Source: Lytechinus pictus
Lineage: Eukaryota
Length of the DNA stretch: 64,000 bases
Direction of reading: 5' to 3'
NCBI RefSeq assembly: GCF_037042905.1
Contig: NC_087251.1
Location: 27,592,001 to 27,656,000, forward strand
The notes below the pieces were generated by a model, which was not told the DNA's origin, made no database searches, and was given only the letters and a program-made list of their open reading frames with translations. Shown here piece after piece: positions 25,921 to 37,567 of the stretch (within the stretch, counting starts at the first letter, position 1; every line of letters begins with the position of its first letter). Both the position numbers and the translations under genes were made by a program.

Positions 25921-28900
25921 TATGCTATGATGATGTTGGTGTCTGTTTCTCTTTGTTGAATATGCCAGAGACAGGAAACGGATCTGAAGTAGAAATGAAA
26001 CCAGTCTTTCTTTCTCTGTCCCTCTTTCTCTCTTCTAAAGAAGAAAAACAAGAAAGAAGAAAAAGAGGGGAAAGAAGAAGAGGATGAGGACAGTGGTGGT
26101 GGAGTTGGTGGAGCGGAAGAAAAAAGGAATATAAGAAAATGAAGAAACGAATAAGATCACAAACCGTCTTGCAGCTTGTCTCCACATTCGGTAAATCTTC
26201 CGTTCACCTGTTCGCTTGGTCAATGAGATGCGCAATTCCCCATTTGTCTTTACCTCATTCTATCTAGCAGGGACGAAAGGTGGTTCTTGCACCAGTTTCA
26301 CAAGGGAAATCTACTCTGATTTCAGGTTACTTTTAGAAGTGGACAAACTTAAGATGAATGTATCAATTAAGTTTTGACGAAAAAAACATTAAGGAATAAC
26401 AGATTTGTGCATTTTCTAAGTTTTACTTTTTATGACATCACATGCAAGAATCTTCCCTATGATGTCTAATTCAAATTCCATGAAGTACTATTATTGCCAT
26501 AAATTTCAGACCAGCCTGTGTCTCTTCCCCCGACTACGGAAGAATTCATATTTCTAATCCCGCGATTACACTTTAGATCAGTAATACTCCCCTGTACCAT
26601 GGCATGAAATCACACCTATGCGGTTTGGTGGTATCTAAAATGCCTAACGCGAAGTAAAAATAAACCCTGAACAAGAAATTTGCCATGTTTTCTTGATTGC
26701 TCTGTTACTTGAAGTGATTCAGCTAGCAATTTGTTTTCTAGAAGATGAACAAATGTGACATGAATGTATATATTTCAGCGAAAATACATATATATATTTC
26801 TTCCTGATGGTAACTTAATTGAATGTATAATCTTCTATAACCTTCACGTGAACTATTTTTCTATTTCTGTTACAATTTAGTATTTCACTTTAACTTTTTC
26901 TGTTACGATTTAGTATTGATTTCAATACTCAGACTGAGGTGATTCGTTAACTAGCAGCAGTGTTTGTTAGATTATTGATTACAGAAGATACATACATTAA
27001 TGTATTCTACTGAAATGACATTAATTATAACTAGATCATTTAACCTAAAATACTAGTAATTACATTAATCTTTAAAAAGATATATAATCTAACTTCTGAC
27101 AGCCCTTTTATCAAATGGGTGGTATGTTCTATTTTCTAACATCGACAGCCACTCAACCAACAAAGTTGACTCACCGCTAAATATAATTATTGACTTTCTC
27201 TGTTTATTTTTTTATTCAAAGCTCCGGTTACAGCAGATACTTTAAAACCGAATTCGTCATGGATGTACAAATAAAAACAACAAGCAAATAATTCAAAACT
27301 TTTTCCCTTTTCCGTTCTACTCCAGAAGTTCTGTTATCACCTGTTTAATGCTAGCAGCAAGATACTCTTCGTGAAATTCTTAAATAGAATCTAATGTACT
27401 ATGTGTATACTCGATCGCACGGCTTTTTTTTAACACAAGAAGATATCGAACCCTTGCGGGAAAGCGCTGCTTAAAATGAAAGCCTCACACCGGAATGGTT
27501 TTATCGACAAATTTATCCCCAGAGGTGTATTTAGGCACCGCTGGATGAGAAACCCTAATGTTCGGGACGGGGGACGTTTTGAATCTTTCTGCTGGAAAGC
27601 AGATGTAATTGCGCAACGACCTACAATCGGTAGCATTTGGATACCCTAGGCCTGATTTATAGATCAACCGTGAGAGGAACGACTTGAAGAAAGGTCAGGT
27701 GCACTTTATTCTTGGATATCTTAATAAACTAGAATACTTAACCATTTCCCTTTTCATCAAGAAAGTAGGCCAATGTAATGTTAGTGACGTTTATGGTGAG
27801 ATGTAGGGCGAGGTGGCTATGAAATTTTCATAAATGCTTTTGAATGGCGCGACCTCGAATTTCATCATCATGAGTGAAAACGGGAAATGACCGTTGATAA
27901 TTAATCTGAACATAGTCTATAAAAGGGAGACACAGAATAGACAGAGCTGTGGAGAAGAGGGGTGTAGAGGGGTTTGGGGTTGCATAGTGACTATGTATTA
28001 TGCTCTCAACTAAAAGCGCCAATTTCATTTTATTACGTCGTGAAAATATGTTATACGGTAGGTTTATTGTCATTTTCATACATTGAATGAAACAGTAGCC
28101 AAGTGTCACAAGTGTCAGTGCATCTTTTCTTTACCCTTTTTTTAACAATAAAATCACATTACTTACTAACATATGCATCGATTGAAATGGTGGTATGTTG
28201 TCGTTTCAGTTATTCTTCAGCAAAAGACTTTGAGTATATGTTTAACTAATTCTAACCCTATTGAACACAAATCTGCTTAAGAATAACTAAATGCTTCCAA
28301 AAATACTCCATCGTTTGTAAAGGAGTTTCTGTATGAAACGAATATACAAACTTCTTCATACATTTCCTCGTTATGATTATATATCCTTTACTTTTTGTAG
28401 AAATAAATGCAGAGATAATAAAAATAAATTAAGGTGTCGACTGTCGTATTTTTTTTTCAAATCCCAAATCTTAAATTGATACCGATTCGTAATATTTTAT
28501 TTCAGATGATTTCAACATGAGTCTGTTTTCGACCCAAAAAATGTTGCAACGCCTTTCTAGAGGATAGAGAGCCCACATACTTTAAAAATTAAAAATCCAG
28601 CAACCATATTACTATGGTTATCCTGATTGATTTGTTTACATTCATACCGATGTCTGTTTCACTGCCTCTATACCCTAAGGAAATCATATTTATAAATAGC
28701 ATGTTGAGATGACGAAAATAGATGGGTATGATAGCTAGCATTATAAGGCGGGCCTAATAAGGGTGACCCCCGCGGCTTGCCGTTCCGTCTTTCAATTCAC
28801 TGCTCTCCCTCTCGATCCGTCTTTTACTGCAAAACGATGAGGCTATTTCCTCTGGATATTTCTAGATTTATGTTGATATGTTGATAGCCTCAAGCGGCTA

Positions 28901-30714
28901 AAGATCTAAAAATGTGATCCAATACTTCTGTATAACGTATAAAAGACGGTTGGCAGGTGTCTAATACTAGTGGTAGGAGATAGAATCACGTGAAAATTAA
29001 CTGATAGAGTGTACTAATGTCAGTTTTAGATAATTATTTATGACCTAAATGTCATGCATATAAAACGCAAATTTACTGGTGTAGAGGTGATGTCAGCATT
29101 TATTTATTTTTTGTAAGCGTTTTTAACTCTGAAATGCTGCATTATACTAGGGCTAGTGTCAAGCGAGAGGCAAATGAAACGTAAACTATAATGTGCAAAC
29201 AAAGAAACAAAAAATACATTCTTGTATTTAATTTCTTGTACCCCCTAGGAAAAAAAAGGTCAGTGATATCGTGAAGGAAAATGTATTCATTAATTTTGTG
29301 CGAACAAAGCAACCGATTACTAGAAACAAGTGGATATTCTCTCCATCGCTTGCTTCGCTCACTTGTTCAAACAGAATGACTGCAATAGTCATGTATAATT
29401 AATTTGAGACTCTTTAAAGAAAATGTATTATTTAGATATCTCATTTTCCCTCGTATACGCTCAAATATCGGATTTTAAAAGAAACACAGAAAATATACAT
29501 ATATTCCATAGGTTTCGGAGAGCCATATTGAATATATTTTGATGACGAAATTACAATTTCGCCAAGTGTTTGTCGTTTTCCGGCTGCGCTGACAAGCAAG
29601 ATGGAATAAAGTTGTCTGAATTTGCAAACCTGTCCCTCATTCATTCGGTGTACATGTATCAATATCTACAACAAACAATTTATAGACAAGGGTCGAGAAG
29701 GGGCAATTTTTGGTTAATGGGAGAACTCGAAGGTGACCTTGACACCTATTAGACATCCTATACATAATAATCGGATGTCAATCTTCTTTTAGTTAAAGCA
29801 ATATGTTTTTGTTAGAAGCCCTTGGTCAAACAATAAACAAACAATAATAAACAAACACTCATCTCCAAATTAAAAAGATATTTGTTCGGATCACACACGG
29901 GCTTTTATGATTTTGTATTTATAATTGTATTGTTCTTCACGGAGGTTATCAGTGAAGACGTATAAGGTTTCGCTATTACTCTTCACCTTGTCGCATACAT
30001 GGTATAGTTGTTTTGTCCAGCTGATAATAAACGTAGTCATGGTAATTTAGATAAAGAGTGTACCGAGGAGCGTCACGGTCATAAACAGTAGCCATTTCAT
30101 CCACTTACTCTCATTCATTAACGAGTGAATAATGCCAGATTGTTTTTTTTTTCACGATGTAGGCGATACCCATCCCATCTCATCGCTGCGCCATGTCAGT
30201 ATCATTAAGCTATTGCATAGATGTGAATTATATTCTCGTCACTTTTCCGCTTTATTCTATGAATTTTGAAAGAGTAATATTCTAAGTTTACATGTAGATA
30301 GAAGATATAAGTGGCATTGGAGCTGAATTCCGTTGTGAAATCATTTCTGGTCTTTTTTTATGATAGCGATGCTAACTGCATTGTGTATTTCTCTAGTGAT
30401 TCTGATCCTTAGTAACTTTGAATCTGACTGGATGCACGGGAACTTCAAGGTCTAGTTTAACATCGTACTCGGCGAGAAGAAGGAATCACTTCTGTCCTTT
30501 GAATGTTCATGCCAGTCAGTCAGATCTTTGGCAAAGTTTAAAGAGCCTTACTGACTTTAGATGAAATTCAGGTGATAAAGTGATGTTGATAACCCAAACG
30601 TATTCTTTATTACCGCTTCTTTACTCACAAATGTCTTGAGTCGATACCCAAAATACCGTAAGACACCGAAAGACACCTAAGTAACGGAGGACACTGAGAT
30701 CATCACTAATCAGA

Positions 30715-30921
30715 ATGAACACGTGCAAAGATTACATATTATTTATAAAAAGAATAGAACTGGGAATCGCCTTTGTTTTTATTACGACAACCCTGCTCTT
30801 TATTCTTGGCTGTCCACGATTCCGACAACGCCATCACATTTTCCCATTCAACCTCGCTCTTGCTGATCTGGTTGGTGTAGTAATCTACGTCATTGTCGAG
30901 GTAAAAAGGATAAGGAATCAG
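30715..30921 (+). CDS. Exon 1 of orphan rhodopsin-class (class A) GPCR: N-terminus, TM1, TM2
   Basis: ATG at 30715, hydrophobic TM1 (LGIAFVFITTTLLFILG) and TM2 motif FNLALADL. Phase-0 donor CAG|gtgagg at 30921/30922. An alternative in-phase donor GAG|gtaaaa lies at 30900/30901. Confidence 0.88.
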
Positions 30922-31601
30922 GTGAGGTATTCCCTATCTTCGTGACATGATTTTTGTTTTCTTTTGATGTTCTCCAAAATAATGTTTCTCAGGAAATGTC
31001 TTTGTGTGTGTGTGTGTTTTAGAGATGGCAAGAAAGGTTAAAACAGGAATGACATTTTTCCCCCAAGGAGTAACCTCTGAAGCCGTATGTTTCATATTTG
31101 TGTGTAGGCCTACTGTTGATCGAAAAGAAATTATGAAATAGAGTATGGAAGTGATAATGTCATATTTTATCGTGACAGCATCGCATTCATTGCAAACGTG
31201 AATCCTACAATCAGGTTTTGTCCAGCGGTTTGTGCCTTAAACTTGCGTTGTTAGCGACCATTGCAATCTGAGATGCAAATTTGAAACTGCTTTTTTTTTA
31301 TAGATACGTCATGCCTCTCTACCCCATGGTACCAGTGATCTGTCCTCGATCGACTTCAATTAAATTAAGATTTAGAAAACAGTTGTTTCAATGAAATATT
31401 TCAGGATATTGCCCAGTAGGATTTGGCTAATGCGATTTATTTATGTATTTTCTTTATTCATCAGAAGAATATAGCGCCTCTGGGAATCCAATAAACAAGG
31501 AGAAAGTTTGTATGCGTACTTAGAAGATGTAATAATTTTCCATTCATTAATCTGTAATCGTAATATGAAACTATGAGTGTTATGTACTTTGTCTTTCACA
31601 G
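30922..31601 (+). other. GT-AG intron (680 bp, phase 0) of the GPCR gene
   Basis: Begins gtgagg and ends tactttgtctttcacag. Joining keeps the frame (…RIRNQ|VGSPV…) and gives 277 aa. Confidence 0.8.
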
Positions 31602-32228
31602 GTGGGGAGTCCGGTAATTACCGATGTCCTCATACCCGCGGTATATTCTTCACTTCTGGTGTCCAATATCAGTGTCCTATTAGTAGCTGTTTACCGATTC
31701 ATCACCATCAAGGTAGATCCTTTCGGCGTCAAGAACATCATCACCACCACCCGATGTGTCCTTTGTTGCATCGGTTCCTGGATCTTTGCAGGGTTGCTGG
31801 CCCTCCTATACAAGAGAACTCTTCACTATCACGTGATTCCGTTCTACACCACCACCATATCCCTAACAACGACCTCCATATGTTACGTTTTCATTTACCG
31901 CTCCGTTGCCAAGGTGTCTTCTGATGGCAACAGCCAGCTGGACGAACGCAAGAAGGAGAACCAACGGGTCTTGCGAACATTCTTGATGATTCTTGGCACC
32001 ACTGTTTTCTTCTCGCTGTACCCCATGGGCTTGTGGTTATACCTCAGTCGAAATTTGATGTCTGATCTCAGTCCGTGTTATATCCTTACAGAGGAGTTAG
32101 TCATCACGACCAATTGGATATCCAACTGCATCATCTACTGGTGGAGACTCAGGGAGTTTCGCGACATGATCTTTGTTTGGACAAGGCGTTGTAGCGCCAC
32201 CGTACGTGCTCATGCAGTTGTATCTTAA
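31602..32228 (+). CDS. Exon 2 of orphan rhodopsin-class GPCR: TM3-TM7 and helix 8
   Basis: Longest ORF in the window, with raised GC. TM3 end VAVYRF (DRY equivalent), TM4 Trp (IGSW), TM5 CYVFIY, basic ICL3 RKKENQRVLRT, TM6 FFSLYP, TM7 NCIIY (NPxxY equivalent) and helix 8 REFR. Stop TAA at 32226-32228. Confidence 0.93.
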   Translation: MGSPVITDVLIPAVYSSLLVSNISVLLVAVYRFITIKVDPFGVKNIITTTRCVLCCIGSWIFAGLLALLYKRTLHYHVIPFYTTTISLTTTSICYVFIYRSVAKVSSDGNSQLDERKKENQRVLRTFLMILGTTVFFSLYPMGLWLYLSRNLMSDLSPCYILTEELVITTNWISNCIIYWWRLREFRDMIFVWTRRCSATVRAHAVVS

Positions 32229-32242
32229 CTGATCTGAGCAAA

Positions 32243-32405
32243 AATAAATCTCTTAACTTTACAACTCAACGTCGATCGGTCGATTATTAAATTATGTGAT
32301 TTCCAAAGATCAAACGGATACAGCTAACGGTTACAGTAGGCAACGGTATAAGCTATCATCGTTGCGTATCTCTCATCTCCTTAGATCCTGCACGGGATCA
32401 ATAAA
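32243..32405 (+). terminator. Candidate polyadenylation signals of the GPCR gene
   Basis: AATAAA at 32243-32248 and 32400-32405, downstream of the stop. The hexamer is common in AT-rich DNA. Confidence 0.4.
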
Positions 32406-33083
32406 GAAATATACCTCACAAAATATAAAAAAATATCTATAACGAAGAAACAAAACGATGTAAAACCCACGATGGATTGCACATATTGGGAGGAAGAAAG
32501 AAACAACTGATTATACTTTTTCCCCAATAGCCCAACCTAAGTTTGTGTTATGTAGGCGTACCTACACTACATAGGCCGTGGGTTCTTGAATTCGTTCAAT
32601 TGGCTTAGTGTACGAAACTGATAGAATAACCAACAGAACATATCTTTTCATGCCAGTAGTCATCATATTTCTTTGATAATCCCACAAATATCAATTACTT
32701 GGAATATTACTCGGGAATTTCCAATAGGAAACTAAACTCTTGATCAACCGTTGCACAAATTTGATGTATTATGTACATTATATCTCGATATTATCATTCA
32801 TGTTTTCTCCTTTTTTTCAGAAGAGTGTGCCCCTAATTCCGCCAGACACGCCACGGTGTTAGCTGGAGAGCCGACATGTCATGAATAGTTCCTTAAGTAG
32901 TCTAGATTACCCCCAATGTGTACAGATTTAGCATGCGTGGGCAAGGCGCGGTTCAAAATATAATTGGACGCCCTTAAGGCCGTTCTCAATTTCTTAACCC
33001 GCCGAAATGTTAGTTTTTCATCATCCATGCTCGTTCAGGATTTACATTCTCTAATCCCATCTCATTGTGTTCTAAGCAACTTA

Positions 33084-33275
33084 CACTCTAAAAATATTTA
33101 GCCAATATTGGTTGGAGAGAGCACACGCATGTTTGTCATGTTTGTTGGATAAAAAAAAAATCGTTTTGAATTGCGTGAAAACATACCCAAGAAACATGTT
33201 TTCTTTTGCCAGCAATATCCATGCTCTTTTTATCCGATACTGGGTAAATTTGTTACCCAACTTTTGTTTACAGTG
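33084..33275. mobile_element. Diverged MITE related to 6910-7110
   Basis: ta|cactctaaaaa ... tttacagtg. Shares ccaatattgg, gcatgtttg, atacccaa and gggtaaa motifs. Confidence 0.7.
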
Positions 33276-33600
33276 TGAAAAGGTTAACATGATTAATGTA
33301 TTGGAATTTCAATAAAGCGATCCATATTCAACCTAAATACAAATTTTGTAACAGATGTTTATGCAGAGGAAATGTACAGGGTTATATTTTCTACATTTTT
33401 TCACGATTGTAATTTTACTGGATACATGTTTATCTAGCTCTTACTGATATCGAAATAACTTAATAATTTCCTGTCGTTCAATCAGAAAGTCAATAATAAT
33501 TATCAGCATGAGTTGTTAAAATATTTTTATCTTCGATATTTTGGTTCTATTTTTTCGAAAGAAACAAATTCTTTATAAAAACAAGTTTGGAAATAACATT

Positions 33601-33892
33601 CAGTGGCCCGTGTCCTGACTCCGACTTTAACTATAGCTAGACAATTGCCATACAAATCTCCAACACTAACAGTACATATTAATTTACCGCCTGAATTGAC
33701 ACTCAAATCATTGACTGATCAATAACTAAAATAGTTTTATTCACCATTAACATATGAAGAAAGAAAACAGTAAACACACAGACAAAAGAATATACGATGT
33801 AAAGAAAATTGTGGAATTGTCGGCTTCCTATAACTTTAGCACGCAGTTATATCATAAACTAGGTTAAATTGGATTTCAGAATAGGGACTAGT
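33601..33892. mobile_element. Degenerate Harbinger-like MITE
   Basis: Weak inverted ends ggcccgtgtcctgac / ttcagaatagggac. Recognised by resemblance only. Confidence 0.4.
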
Positions 33893-34336
33893 GAGCTCAA
33901 ATAGGAGAAATATTCATACATTCGAGGACGCAATTTAATATTTTCCTTTCAACGAACGGAATAAACTACCCATGAAGATGAAAGATACAGAACCATGAAT
34001 AGAGCCGCAAAGAATTTACAATTTGTACATCTTGACAGCTGTTGAGCTGCTTGAAGTATCAGCTTTCCAAAACAAAATTCATTACAGCTAACTAGATTTT
34101 AAATTCTTCCAGTGAATATATTTCTTTGAAACAAACGTAAGAATTGGAAATAATGTGAAAATATCATGTATACATTAATTTATAGAATTCTTAAAACGGT
34201 TGTCTTTTTATTACTACAAAAGGTTTAGGTAAAAATTGCAGATTGTGATACGTTGGTGTAGGATTTTTATGCCCCCGCAGACGAAGTCCGGAGGGGGCAT
34301 TAAGCGTTGCCCCTGTCCGTCCGTCCGTCTCTCGAC

Positions 34337-35035
34337 TTGGTTTCCGCGCAATAACTCCAAAAATATTTAATGGATTTTAAATTGTTTTGATGTGTAGGTA
34401 GATGAAACCAAAATACAGGCTAAGTTCGAATTCGGAGTCCGCAGGTCAAAGGTCACGGCTCATTAAATATGCGAGTTGGTTTCCGCGCAATAACTCGAAA
34501 AATATGAAATGGATTTTAAAAATTGTTGGTGTGTAGGTAGCCTATCCGATATGCGTCGGGCTAGTGGGCAAACTACTGACGGGCGAGGGCTTCGCCCTCG
34601 CCCGTCAGTCTGCTTCGCGCGACCAGTAACTTACCCACTATAGCCCGGCGCATATCAGATAGGCTATAGTGTGTAGGTAGATGGCACCAAAATACAGGCT
34701 TAGTTCGAATTCGGAGTCTGCAAGTCAAAGGTCACAGCTCATTAAACATGCGAGTTGGTTTCCGCACAATAACTCGAACCATATTTAATGGATTTTAAAG
34801 ATTTTTCGTGTGTAGGTAGATGACACATAAATACAGGCTAAGTTCGAATTCAGAGTCCGCAGGTCAAAGGTCACGGCTCATTAAATATGCGAGTTGGTTT
34901 ACGCGCAATAACTCGAAAAATATTTAATGGATTTTAAAGACTTTTCGTGTGTAGGTAGATGACACCTAAATACAGGCTAAGTTTGAATTCGGAGTCCGCA
35001 GGTCAAAGGTTACAGCTCATATATGCGAGTTGGTT
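34337..35035. repeat. Satellite array inside HINE-B: 139-bp monomer x4, second monomer interrupted
   Basis: aataact anchor at 34350, 34489, 34768 and 34907 (spacings 139, 279, 139). Confidence 0.96.
34538..34668. mobile_element. Small fold-back MITE nested in HINE-B
   Basis: TIR tagcctatccgatatgcgtcgggcta / tagcccggcgcatatcagataggcta (24/26). Direct repeat gtgtgtagg at 34529-34537 and 34669-34677. The insertion adds exactly 140 bp to the monomer. Confidence 0.9.
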
Positions 35036-36395
35036 CAAAGGTCTAAACTTGTTAATTATATGTATGCATATTGGTTTCTGCACGATATTAAGTTCAATCA
35101 TATTGAATGAATTTCTGATCGCGTTAAGCGGGGACATATGTGTCCTTCGGACACGTCAAATTTCTAGTTTGAATATTTGTTTTTATTGAGTGCTTATGTA
35201 AAAAATGAAAAATGTGGATACATCGAGAAATTACTAAGTAACAAGTAAGTAACAAGATTTTAAAGACGGTGGATAAAGTAATTTCATTGAAATTGAATAC
35301 TGGTAAGCGAGCGATGATTGAGACTGGTTTTTTTTTCGCCTGATTTGTAACACACATTGCAATGATTCAAGTAATCGTAAGAATTTGATTTTTTAACATA
35401 GATGACAAAGAATTTCATGTAATACTTCTGAAATAGTTTTTACATGCACCAATTCACTCACACACCCACAACCCCTCCCCACACACAATATATATATTTG
35501 TTACAGAGATCACAAAATATTCCAGAGGCTTGTCCTTTGCCGCTCAAAATATCACTTTATTCAGTGATAATATTATGTTAGTGGGATAGCTCGTTGACAG
35601 GTGTACAGGGGCAGATGTTTTAAAATTTTGAATAAAACTTATTTCTAAAGTAATCGAGTGGTGTTTATTAGAGATATGCGTGAATTCAATTAACGAAACG
35701 AGAGAGTTTACGCATAAGATCAATTTAGAGATATTTTACGTTTCCCTTGAGTGTGATAATGAGAAACAAAGTTACGAGTATAGATGAAAAGGAAAATGGT
35801 ATATGGCACCTTCACTTTCTCGTTATACGACGAGCATCATGTCATCATCAGGAAAGTTGAAAGAAAAACATGCATGTCAACATTTCACGCATGTCAGTCA
35901 TTACGCTTGAATGGGCGCCCTGGGGAAACATCGCTAATAAAGTAAAAAGAGAGAAGAAAATGGGGTGAATTAATATTACTAATGTCCCCTTGCCAAGTCA
36001 CGAATTACTAAAGAGCATCTCACTATATACGTGTGGGAGAATTAGAACGGAGAACAAGATGGCTGCCATGCCCAAGGCGTTAAGTTTCAATCTAGTTATT
36101 CCATACAGATCGCCTCATGTACTCGGAAAATAATGCCAGTTTGACGCGTATGGCTGTATATTATCTCATTATACGTGTATTAGATTAGTACTTCTGACAT
36201 TTAGGTGATTTTCATGTTACATGTTACCTCTACTCGATTTCAAAGACTACGTATGATGTAAAGCTTCTTTAAATTGATATTGTGTATAAGTACTTGTCTT
36301 CTTAGTCCTCTAAGACGAAAATGGCCTGAGAAATCATAAAATTTCGTATTTGAGGTATAATTTTTCAAGGTCATCATGTCAGGTGTCACTTTGAT

Positions 36396-36620
36396 ACACT
36401 GTAAAACATAAAGTGCTGAATTCAGAATTTTTTGAGCTTGTATGGTGACTATACACTTCGGTGTGTTTATTTTCAACAGACTGGGTGCTAAAACATCGCG
36501 TGATGTTGGCTTACTACATTCAGCAACTAAGGTGTGTAAAGCACCCTGAGTGCTGAAAAGCAGCACCCGAGGTGTAGTCCCAATACAGGCTCATAAAGTG
36601 ATGAATTTAGCACCGTATGT
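36396..36620. mobile_element. Partial TA-flanked CACTGTAAAA MITE (right end missing)
   Basis: ta|cactgtaaaa start. Inverted gactatacacttcggtg / cacccgaggtgtagtc and repeated gtgctgaa / cagcac motifs. Confidence 0.55.
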
Positions 36621-37288
36621 CCCAGAAAGAGAATCTTTAAATTTTATTTCATGATGTTGAATTATTCTATCAAGTGATTATTGTACTTCGGAATTAACGG
36701 TACATTGATTTCTCCAGAATATTTTTTCTAAAATTACCTCTCTCCAAACTTGGAGAGAAAGATTCTTGACGTAGATGAGAGATTGTTTAATTACTCTCTT
36801 CATTAAAATATCAATTTTTTCGAACAGTCATAGATAAATTATGGACAATCGTGTGTGAGTTTGATGGTTTGCCATTAATAGACACGCAAATCAATTTAGT
36901 CAAACATTTTTGTGACGGTTATTCAAAATTAATGCTATGTCCTAGTTTTTAAACATGTATTCTGATTTTGTTGATTTGGAATATGAATCATTCAAACAGA
37001 TATACACATTTACCTCCAACTTTTGATTATTGCATGTAATTATTTCAAATCTTTAATATTTGATTTTAATCACACTCATTGAATTAAATAAAGATTTTTC
37101 TTGTCAGCATTTTTTCATGGATTCCTTCGATATACATTGTAATAAAAAACCCATTCATTTTATTTTATTTATTGTACTTTCACTGATGATTATCATTTTT
37201 ATGTTCTGAGTTATTGTTGCTGTGTTTCTTTCTGTGCCAAATGCTTTTTATCGTTTAATCGCCATATTTTTTTACAATTGCACACCTA

Positions 37289-37548
37289 CACTGTTAGAAA
37301 ATTTATCCTTAAAATAAAAGAAGTTCCTGCAGCAGAGTCTCGAGAACCCCTGTAATCTTACCAGATTGCGTAATCTTACAGGAATTTGGTATTTGGTGTA
37401 TGTAACCTTACAAATTTCCTTAAAGAAAACACCCTTTCCCCTTTTTAAACAGACCTGTTCTGTTAAATTGCAGGAAAATTCCTGCTTTATGAATTTACAA
37501 AATGATTCTGTTATTGCTTTCTGTAAAATCAGGTTTTTTTTAACAGTG
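37289..37548. mobile_element. MITE with CACTGTTA TIRs flanked by TA, copy 1
   Basis: ta|cactgttagaaaa ... ttttttaacagtg|ta. A highly similar copy lies at 61747-62047. Confidence 0.92.
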
Positions 37549-37567
37549 TAGTTTACAATAATGCACA

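Larger units (their letters stand above)
34264..35169 (+). mobile_element. Non-autonomous Helentron-associated element (DINE-1/HINE type), family B
   Basis: T-run, then sub-terminal IR tatgcccccgc (34268-34278) with a partial inverted copy gggggcat (34293-34300). A (GTCC)n microsatellite lies at 34315-34328, followed by the tandem array. The 3' end has IR gcggggacata (35128-35138), hairpin gtgtcc-ttc-ggacac (35140-35154) and terminus ctagtt. Confidence 0.9.

Noticed and set aside
22324..26235. Hydrophobic or RE/YI-rich ORFs
   Set aside because: They are translations of CT/GA and AT microsatellite tracts.
31577..31924. 115-aa ORF with a His run
   Set aside because: It is an alternative frame overlapping the GPCR exon.
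34572..34612. Rho-independent terminator
   Set aside because: The context is eukaryotic, there is no U-tract, and the stem lies inside a TIR element.
34337..35035. Possible CRISPR or repeat-spacer array
   Set aside because: These are head-to-tail 139-bp monomers. The one unique segment is a nested MITE.
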